Assembly (NCBI GenBank): GCA_048882485.1
Contig: JBHLRP010000052.1
Location: forward strand, 1 to 23,174
DNA from: Candidatus Thorarchaeota archaeon
Lineage (GTDB): Archaea; Asgardarchaeota; Thorarchaeia; Thorarchaeales; Thorarchaeaceae
DNA: 23,174 nt
Direction: 5' to 3'
This document shows, piece by piece, positions 16,807-23,174 of the stretch. A program made the position numbers and the translations under genes. Under the pieces are notes generated by a model. The model made no database searches, was not told where the DNA came from, and worked only from the letters and a program-made list of their open reading frames with translations. Within the stretch, counting starts at the first letter, position 1. Every line of letters begins with the position of its first letter.

Positions 16807-16967
16807 TCCGTCTTTATGGCCTTCCCAGTCTGAGTCAACAAGAGAAACATGGGAAAGTGCTGCGTTGCCAAGGAGTATAGCACAAGAATCTATTTCTTAA
16901 TGGACTGCCGCAACACCCTCTTGCTCTCGGCTTCATCAGAAACAAACAATCCAGAGCCGCCAGAGGT

Positions 16968-18263
16968 GTGGAAACATTGGAGGTTTCATTTTCAGCAAAA
17001 CGGCTTCGCCAATCTGCAACACTGGCGATTAATGAGCTCATAACCACTCTTCGTGAACAGGGAGAACAAGTCTTTCACCTAGGGTTTGGGGAGTCCCCAT
17101 TTCCTGTTCATCAACTTGTTCGTGATGCGTTGTGCGAGAACTCTTGGCGGCAGAAATATCTCTCCACACAAGGGATTCTCCCTCTCCGAGAACAGGTCTC
17201 AGAGTTCTATCAGGAGATGTTCGACCTGAAGTACTCAGCTGCACAAATCGTTGTTGGCCCAGGGAGCAAGCCATTGATGTTCGCTGCCTTGGCTGCTCTT
17301 TCGGGTCATCTCTTCCTACCTGCACCCTCCTGGGTTAGCTATCAACACATGGGCAAATATCTAGACCGTGAAATTCATCACATCCCTACAAGTGTTGATG
17401 AGTCCTATCGACTCAACCCTCAAGCGCTACAGAAGGCTCTTGAAGAGCAGAGTCAGGGTTCATCCGAACAGAAAATCCTTGTCCTGAATTATCCATGCAA
17501 TCCCACTGGACATAGCTTCTCTTCACAACAGTTGAAAGCATTAGCCAGGGTGGCTCGAGAGCACAATGTTATTATCATATCGGATGAGATCTATGCTCTT
17601 ACTCATTGTCGCGACCAAGAACACCATAGCATTGCTGAATACTATCCTGAGGGGACAATCATTACCGGAGGACTCTCCAAAGACCGATCTCTTGGAGGCT
17701 ATCGGCTTGGTGTTCTACTGCTCCCCCAAGATGAGATGGATCTCTTGAGAAGTATCTTGGCTGTTGGGAGTGAGGTCTGGTCGAGTGTATCCGCGCCAAT
17801 ACAGTATGCTGGCATTGAGGCATACCGAACTGACACCGAATTGGTGGGCTATATCCAAGACTGTGCGACTATACATGAATTGGTTACAAGGCATGTCCAT
17901 CGCAGAATCCAAACAGGTGGTATTTCATGTCCTCAACCAGCGGGCGGCTTCTATCTGTTTCCTGATTGGAACAAACACAGAGATGTGCTTAGAGCGAGAG
18001 GGATAGAAACATCTCGTGAATTGGCGAATCATCTGCTCAAAACCAGACTAGTTTCTAGCTTGCCGGGTTCAGAGTTTGGTATGCCATCAGACCATCTAAG
18101 TTTACGCCTAGCCACTGTTGATTACAATGGACAGACTGCAATTGAATCCTTCATAAAAGATAGAGACACTGCATTAGAAGATCCGAATCGATTTGTTGTT
18201 TCCATCGCGCCTAATCTGGTGATGGCCAGCGACCGATTAATCGATTTTACAACCAAGCTATGA
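16968..18263 (+). CDS. PLP-dependent class I/II aminotransferase (aspartate aminotransferase-like)
   Basis: HLGFGESPF, YPCNPTG, IISDEIY, GGLSKDRSLGGYRLG (PLP lysine), GGFYLFP, LRLA. Confidence 0.92.
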   Translation: METLEVSFSAKRLRQSATLAINELITTLREQGEQVFHLGFGESPFPVHQLVRDALCENSWRQKYLSTQGILPLREQVSEFYQEMFDLKYSAAQIVVGPGSKPLMFAALAALSGHLFLPAPSWVSYQHMGKYLDREIHHIPTSVDESYRLNPQALQKALEEQSQGSSEQKILVLNYPCNPTGHSFSSQQLKALARVAREHNVIIISDEIYALTHCRDQEHHSIAEYYPEGTIITGGLSKDRSLGGYRLGVLLLPQDEMDLLRSILAVGSEVWSSVSAPIQYAGIEAYRTDTELVGYIQDCATIHELVTRHVHRRIQTGGISCPQPAGGFYLFPDWNKHRDVLRARGIETSRELANHLLKTRLVSSLPGSEFGMPSDHLSLRLATVDYNGQTAIESFIKDRDTALEDPNRFVVSIAPNLVMASDRLIDFTTKL

Positions 18264-18398
18264 ATCAACCATCATTGTAATCATTGATCATTTCGGCTGT
18301 TTCTTTTCTCGCAAGATATCTGTGGATTTCAGGCAAACCTAAAATGCATTGATGCAATCGGAAAAACGTCGAAATAGCTTGGTTTAGGGGTCGCATAG

Positions 18399-19442
18399 AT
18401 GAGCAACACAAACAGCAGGATACGCTACCTTTTGCCTGTATTCCTATTCCTTCTGGGCGCATGGTTTACATGGGATATGATAACTGAGGTCACTGATGTG
18501 GTCATGCCGGTCGCTGTTCTGCCCGTCATGAGCTCATTCTGGCAAGTTGATGTGACTTTCTTCCTCTTTATTGCCATCCCTGTATACATTCTCGAGTACG
18601 CCATTATAGCTGTACCAGCTGCCGCTCTATTGCTGCTATATGCCAGCATTATCAGGTCGGCCTCATATGAAATGAACATCATGAACATTGGGACGGAATT
18701 TGGTGGAGTCCGTATGGTACGTAGGGCGGTTGCTCCAGCCCTCTTCAGTCTCAGTTCATCCAATTTCCTGATTGAACCCATTAAGACTTGGCTATTTGGT
18801 CCTGAGCCTGCAATTCCGCCAGGAATGGGGATTGCCTTCAACTTTGCATTATCTTTGATGGCAGGGTTACTCTTCCTCTTGGTATCGCTGCCACTGTTCA
18901 TGCCTACATGGGTCCTCAATGATGCCGGAATAGTCACCCATCTGAAGGATGATAAATTGAACATTCGTCAGTGTCCCGACACTCAGGGCGTGGGGAGATG
19001 GGTCGGCAATGTTCTGGGTGGATATGCGATAATCGCATACCCAATCTCTGCATTCCAGCTCTACTTCTTGAAGCCACTAATGGAAGACCCTCTTGTATTT
19101 ACGAATATTGACAGCCTTGTTGTCAGTCTGTTCTGGACAGTTGGACTCCCATTCCTTGTCATGGCGTTCATCTTGCCAGTCATTGCAGCCAATGAATTGA
19201 ATCAGAAAAGACTCAGGCGTCAGGTATCTCGAGTTGCGACAAAGATGGGTGCAACTGTGGTCCTGAAGCCACAAATTGAGAAGATTGACAGCGAGAAGGC
19301 ATTGGCGGCCAGGAAACGGGTGATAAAGAAGGAAGGCATTCTGGAAACAGAAGAGGTAGCTGAGATAATAACCTCTGCAAAAGGCATTAAGAAACCCAAG
19401 AAGAATGACAAAAAGAAGAGAAAGACTGCTAAGAAGAAATAG
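18399..19442 (+). CDS. Multi-pass membrane protein of unknown function with Lys-rich C-terminus
   Basis: 347-aa ORF with about six hydrophobic segments, a cytoplasmic-looking PTWVLNDAGIV...QGVGRW motif and tail KKPKKNDKKKRKTAKKK. Confidence 0.75.
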   Translation: MSNTNSRIRYLLPVFLFLLGAWFTWDMITEVTDVVMPVAVLPVMSSFWQVDVTFFLFIAIPVYILEYAIIAVPAAALLLLYASIIRSASYEMNIMNIGTEFGGVRMVRRAVAPALFSLSSSNFLIEPIKTWLFGPEPAIPPGMGIAFNFALSLMAGLLFLLVSLPLFMPTWVLNDAGIVTHLKDDKLNIRQCPDTQGVGRWVGNVLGGYAIIAYPISAFQLYFLKPLMEDPLVFTNIDSLVVSLFWTVGLPFLVMAFILPVIAANELNQKRLRRQVSRVATKMGATVVLKPQIEKIDSEKALAARKRVIKKEGILETEEVAEIITSAKGIKKPKKNDKKKRKTAKKK

Positions 19443-19518
19443 TGCTTTTGCAGAATCTATATAACGAGCACAGCAGGACCACCAGCAAACTCAGTGTATG
19501 TTTGGATGAGTGGACCCA

Positions 19519-20109
19519 ATGGCCGAGGAAAGAAAGGTTGTCATTGTTACAGGAATTCCAGGAGTTGGAAAGACCACCGTAGTCAATACCGCAGTGCAGA
19601 TGGTGAAGGATGAACATGACGAAGAGGTTCTCATCCTTACTATCGGGACAGAGATGTTTGAGATATCTTCTGAACGCGGCTACATCACGGATAGAGACGA
19701 ACTAAGAAAGATGCCCACAGCAAGGCAAAGAGAAGTCCAAAGGCTTGCTGGGGAGGAGATTGCCCGGAAAGCGAAGACCGCCAGAGTCATCGTTGATACA
19801 CATACTCTCATCCAAACAGAGAATGGCTTCCTCATTGGACTTCCTGAGTGGGTTGCGAAACCTATTCAGCCAAAGACTATTGTTCTGGTGGAAGCAGATC
19901 CAGAGAAGATAGCTGGTCGCAGGACTTCAGACGAAACCAGAACACGGGATGCTCAATTGACTGATGAGATTGACACACACCAGAGAATGTGTAGAGCCGC
20001 AGCAGTCGCAGTGGGCACGATAACTGGAGCGACCGTTAGAATAATCAAGAATCGAGAGGGAAAGGTAGAAGAGGCCGCTTCTGAACTAGCAGCTACGTTG
20101 ATGGAGTGA
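19519..20109 (+). CDS. adkA: Archaeal adenylate kinase
   Basis: P-loop VTGIPGVGKTT, RDELRKM, IVDTH, GLPEWV, GATVRII. Start ATG 19519 or GTG 19510. Confidence 0.95.
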   Translation: MAEERKVVIVTGIPGVGKTTVVNTAVQMVKDEHDEEVLILTIGTEMFEISSERGYITDRDELRKMPTARQREVQRLAGEEIARKAKTARVIVDTHTLIQTENGFLIGLPEWVAKPIQPKTIVLVEADPEKIAGRRTSDETRTRDAQLTDEIDTHQRMCRAAAVAVGTITGATVRIIKNREGKVEEAASELAATLME

Positions 20110-20678
20110 AACAGATGCAAGATATTTTCGCCTCTTTCCAGAATTGGTTCAACACAACCTTCGCGATTTTCCAAGACGCCCCTTTGGCCGCGCTATTCAT
20201 AATGATGTTCTCCCTGGGGATAACAACTATTAGTAATCTCGCTCAGAGACGGTTCACTGACACAAGACGGCTTAAGAGGTATCAAGCTGAAATCAAGCAA
20301 CATCAGGAGATGCAGAAAGAGGCAGAAAAGACACAGAATGAGAAACTGTTGAGGAAAGTGCGGAGAAGAAAGGCCTACATAGAGAGAATTCAGCGTGAAA
20401 GCATGACAGCACGCTGCAAACCCTCATTGATGTTCTTCATTCCATTCATTATTGTATTTCAAGTCCTTCGCGGATTCTATTTCGATGCCGTTGCAGGTGT
20501 TGATAGAGTTGTAGCAATTATCCCCTTCAGCATCCATAAGCTCCTGCCCTTCTTTGAGGGTTGGCTTGGATTCGCCCACCCCTTGGGCTTTGGGATGACC
20601 TATTTTGGATTCTACATGATGGTCGGGCTTGGACTTGGACAGATACTCCAAAGGCTCATGGGTGTTTCACTTACATAG
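20106..20678 (+). CDS. DUF106 / EMC3-TMCO1-like membrane protein (Oxa1 superfamily insertase)
   Basis: TM1, coiled coil (LKRYQAEIKQHQEMQKEAEK), KPSLMFFIPFIIVF, C-terminal TM; canonical position between adk and rpl34e. Confidence 0.88.
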   Translation: MKQMQDIFASFQNWFNTTFAIFQDAPLAALFIMMFSLGITTISNLAQRRFTDTRRLKRYQAEIKQHQEMQKEAEKTQNEKLLRKVRRRKAYIERIQRESMTARCKPSLMFFIPFIIVFQVLRGFYFDAVAGVDRVVAIIPFSIHKLLPFFEGWLGFAHPLGFGMTYFGFYMMVGLGLGQILQRLMGVSLT

Positions 20679-20701
20679 AGAGCGTTAATACTTCAACAGA
20701 G

Positions 20702-20807
20702 TAGTGGATTCAGGCAAGAGCCGATTGGAACGCAGGTTCATTTCAAACGACCTGACGCACCGCTTTCCTTAAAAGGAAAAATCGAGGGCTCCTATGAAAA
20801 GCCACTG
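20702..20807 (+). ncRNA. Candidate structured leader or ncRNA upstream of rpl34e
   Basis: Nested stems: TAGTGG 20702-07/CCACTG 20802-07; TTCA 20709-12/TGAA 20795-98; GAGC 20718-21/GCTC 20788-91; CGATT 20722-26/AATCG 20780-84; internal hairpins CAGGTT 20733-38/GACCTG 20749-54 and TTTCCT 20764-69/AGGAAA 20774-79. Confidence 0.45.
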
Positions 20808-20828
20808 ATTGCTGGTGGGTGATATAAG

Positions 20829-21098
20829 ATGCCACGACCTGGTGAGCTGACGAGAGGAAGAGCAAATCGTACTATCAGGACTCCTGGTGGTCGTCGGGTG
20901 GTCCACAGAAGAAAGATCTACAGTGCCAGGGGAACATGCTCATTGACAGGCAACAAGATGCAGCTCCCCCAGAGGGCAAAGCAAAGAAAGACTGGCAGCT
21001 CAAGCCGCTCCTCCAAGAGACCAAATCGCCCATATGGTGGCTTTGCGACATCCAGCGCAGTAAGGCGATTGATAATACGAAAGGCGCGAGAACAGTAA
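20829..21098 (+). CDS. rpl34e: 50S ribosomal protein eL34
   Basis: MPRP, IRTPGGRRVVH, SSKRPNRPYGG; canonical position; GGTGA SD. Confidence 0.92.
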   Translation: MPRPGELTRGRANRTIRTPGGRRVVHRRKIYSARGTCSLTGNKMQLPQRAKQRKTGSSSRSSKRPNRPYGGFATSSAVRRLIIRKAREQ

Positions 21099-21099
21099 G

Positions 21100-21642
21100 A
21101 TGAAGCGCGTCATCACTATCGGAGGGCTTCACGGAACTGGAAAGAGCTCTGTTGCTGATAGAATCTCCAAGGAGTTCAATCTGAGAAGGGTTTCCGCAGG
21201 CATCATTTTTCGAAGACTGGCCGAGGAGAGAGGACTTACTCTAGAGGAGTTCAGCCGAGTAGCTGAGCAGGATGAGCAGATTGACCGACTTCTTGACAAT
21301 ACCCTCAAAGAAGAGGCTGAGAAAGGCAATGCTGTAATTGATGGCCAGCTAGCTGCATGGATGGCTGGAGAGCATGCAGACTTCAAGATTCAACTCACAG
21401 CTCCACTCGATGTTCGGGTAGGGAGAATCTCAGAACGCGATGGCACCGACTACGAGTATGCGAAACGTGAAACCATTGCTCGAGAAGGCAGCGAGAGTGC
21501 CAGGTACAAGGAGTTCTATGGAGTCGACATCTCTGACCAGTCAATATATGACCTGATTCTAAGAACTGACAGATACGACCTTGAAGGAGTTGTTCAGATT
21601 CTCTCGACCGCAATTCAGACCTTTTTCGACCAGAATGAATAG
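21100..21642 (+). CDS. cmk: Archaeal cytidylate kinase
   Basis: ITIGGLHGTGKS, SAGIIFR, IDGQLAAW, LTAPLDVRVGRI, RYKEFYGVDI...IYDL. Confidence 0.95.
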   Translation: MKRVITIGGLHGTGKSSVADRISKEFNLRRVSAGIIFRRLAEERGLTLEEFSRVAEQDEQIDRLLDNTLKEEAEKGNAVIDGQLAAWMAGEHADFKIQLTAPLDVRVGRISERDGTDYEYAKRETIAREGSESARYKEFYGVDISDQSIYDLILRTDRYDLEGVVQILSTAIQTFFDQNE

Positions 21643-21652
21643 ATGGCGGAAG

Positions 21653-21743
21653 CGCAAGGCTGATATGTCAATCAGCGGTCGAAAGCTTGTTCTCCCAGTC
21701 CAAAGGGATGAGACCGCGAGGCGACTTGCGGCCCCAGCTGGAC
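21653..21743 (+). ncRNA. Candidate structured element between cmk and rpl14e
   Basis: CGCAAG 21653-58/CTTGCG 21725-30 encloses GCTGAT 21659-64/ATCAGC 21671-76, GGTC 21677-80/GACC 21712-15 and TCCC 21693-96/GGGA 21705-08; loop GTCCA 21698-702 is complementary to TGGAC 21739-43. Confidence 0.4.
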
Positions 21744-21767
21744 CAAGGACCGGCGAGGTGTAGTGAA

Positions 21768-22049
21768 ATGACTCTGTATAATGTTGGACGAGTTTGCATT
21801 AAGACAGTAGGAAGAGAAACAGGTAGCTATTGCGTGATAGTGGATGAGATGGAAGGCCGATTTGTTGTTGTGACTGGTCCAAAACATCTTAGCAGTGTGC
21901 GACGACGCAAGTGTAACATTCGTCACTTAGAACCTCTGGAAACTGTGATTCCTATTGAGAAGGGTGCAGATGACGAAACTGTGGAAAAGGCGCTTGGTGA
22001 GGCTGGGCTGACGGATAGGTTCAGGGAGAAGATACGGCTGCCTGAGTAG
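21768..22049 (+). CDS. rpl14e: 50S ribosomal protein eL14
   Basis: VGRVCIKTVGRETGSYCVIVD, VTGPK...VRRRKCNIRHLEP. ATG 21768 follows GAGGTG; the track's upstream extension is not eL14-like. Confidence 0.95.
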   Translation: MTLYNVGRVCIKTVGRETGSYCVIVDEMEGRFVVVTGPKHLSSVRRRKCNIRHLEPLETVIPIEKGADDETVEKALGEAGLTDRFREKIRLPE

Positions 22050-22084
22050 CTAGCCTCTTGCGGTGGTTCAATGGAGGAGAGGCA

Positions 22085-23092
22085 ATGACAGGCCTTCTGC
22101 CAGCGGACCAACCCCGTGAAGTTCTCCTGAAGTCAGAGGACTCAACAGACCCGGATTTCGGTTTTTCAGACCTTGAGAAGCTCCCCATTGAGCATCTTTT
22201 GGAAAATGGTGTGATCTCACTGGATAAACCTGCTGGACCAACAAGCCACGAAGTTGCAACATGGGTCAGGAAGATTTTAGGCACGGAACGTGTAGGTCAC
22301 GGTGGCACGCTGGATCCAGGAGTCACAGGGATTCTTCCAACTGGCGTTGGTAATGCTACAAAGGTTATGCAAGCTCTTCTTCCAGCTGGTAAAGAGTATG
22401 TATGTGTAATGGAACTCCATCATTTGGCTGGCGAGGATGAAATCAGGAACGTTGTGGAGGAGTTCACAGGCAAAATCTACCAACGACCGCCATTGCGTTC
22501 CGCCGTTAAGAGAGTGCTCAGAGTAAGAGAGATTTACTATAACGACATCTTAGAGATCAAAGGCAGACTGGTACTTTTCAGAGTGGGGTGCGAAGCAGGG
22601 ACATATGTCCGCAAGCTGTGCTCAGATATCGGAGAAGCATTGGGAGTGGGAGGGCATATGAGAGAACTCAGACGCACTCGTGTGGGTCCGTTTCGGGAAG
22701 ATGAGCATCTTTGCACACTCTATGATCTCAAGGACGCCTATGAATTCTGGAAGGATGACAGAGATGAAGCCGAACTTCGCAGGTATCTTCTGCCAATCGA
22801 GTTTGCTATGAGTCATCTCCCGGGCATCTCAGTTCGCGATAGTGCTGTCGATGCTATATGCCATGGAGCGAACCTTGCGGCTAGCGGCATTGTCAGTCTA
22901 AGCTCTGGAATGAAGAAGGATGACATGGTCTTATTCAAGACTCTGAAGGGAGAGGCGATTGGCATAGGCACGTGCAACAAGACATCTGATGCCATTCTCA
23001 AAGCGAAGAGTGGAATTATAGCTACCACTGAACGGGTATTCATGGAGAGGGGACGATATCCAGTGATGTGGAAGAAGAGGGCAACTGATTGA
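22085..23092 (+). CDS. cbf5: H/ACA RNA-guided pseudouridine synthase Cbf5 (TruB family with PUA domain)
   Basis: LDKPAGPTSHEV, GHGGTLDP (catalytic Asp), KEYVC, YQRPPLRSAVKR, CEAGTYVRKLC, C-terminal PUA (DSAVDAICHGA). ATG 22085 follows GGAGG. Confidence 0.97.
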   Translation: MTGLLPADQPREVLLKSEDSTDPDFGFSDLEKLPIEHLLENGVISLDKPAGPTSHEVATWVRKILGTERVGHGGTLDPGVTGILPTGVGNATKVMQALLPAGKEYVCVMELHHLAGEDEIRNVVEEFTGKIYQRPPLRSAVKRVLRVREIYYNDILEIKGRLVLFRVGCEAGTYVRKLCSDIGEALGVGGHMRELRRTRVGPFREDEHLCTLYDLKDAYEFWKDDRDEAELRRYLLPIEFAMSHLPGISVRDSAVDAICHGANLAASGIVSLSSGMKKDDMVLFKTLKGEAIGIGTCNKTSDAILKAKSGIIATTERVFMERGRYPVMWKKRATD

Positions 23093-23174
23093 AGTTGGAC
23101 CAGCTTTTTATGAGAACTTGTACATAACTGCCAAGTGGCTCTGGAGCGAAAGAGCGACTGACGGTACTTGTCCT

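Noticed and set aside
16807-16967. Extra short hairpins and 64-70 aa ORFs between secY and the aminotransferase
   Set aside because: Stems are short, unnested and compatible with chance; the ORFs have no motif or clear SD.
21659-21690. Hammerhead ribozyme core (CTGAT...GAAA)
   Set aside because: CTGATAT does not fit CUGANGA, and those bases are paired in a stem.
22290-22330. Intron in cbf5 near the catalytic motif, as known in some Crenarchaeota
   Set aside because: The frame is continuous through GHGGTLDPGVTG with no insertion.
1-23174. CRISPR array, transposase/integrase, tRNA or rRNA genes, defence systems
   Set aside because: No regularly spaced repeats, cloverleaf or recognisable mobile/defence protein motifs were seen.

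Overview
Archaeal core-genome window containing the distal S10/spc ribosomal-protein supercluster on the + strand: rpl22-rps3-rpl29-rnp1-rps17-rpl14-rpl24-rps4e-rpl5-rps14-rps8-rpl6-rpl32e-rpl19e-rpl18-rps5-rpl30-[hsp20]-rpl15-[antisense small membrane gene]-secY-[aminotransferase]-[membrane protein]-adkA-DUF106/EMC3-like-rpl34e-cmk-rpl14e-cbf5. About 5 kb upstream holds a truncated hypD, a DUF211 protein, a 2[4Fe-4S] ferredoxin, Zn-ribbon/winged-helix proteins and hypotheticals. Gene content is clearly archaeal; an Asgard (Thorarchaeota-like) origin is my inference and is not proven. Two real genes missing from the ORF track are added (hypD 1..1004 on -, rps14 9449..9619). No rRNA, tRNA, CRISPR array or mobile element was seen. 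The main departures from the canonical cluster are: three long intergenic stretches that fold by eye into nested stems directly before rpl22, rpl34e and rpl14e (candidate cis-regulatory leaders or ncRNAs); an Hsp20 gene tightly inserted between rpl30 and rpl15; a stand-alone single TFIIB/cyclin-repeat-like protein; long charged extensions on uS3, uL18 and eL32; and an eL34 lacking most zinc ligands. All product calls come from motif recognition by eye, with no database search or folding program.
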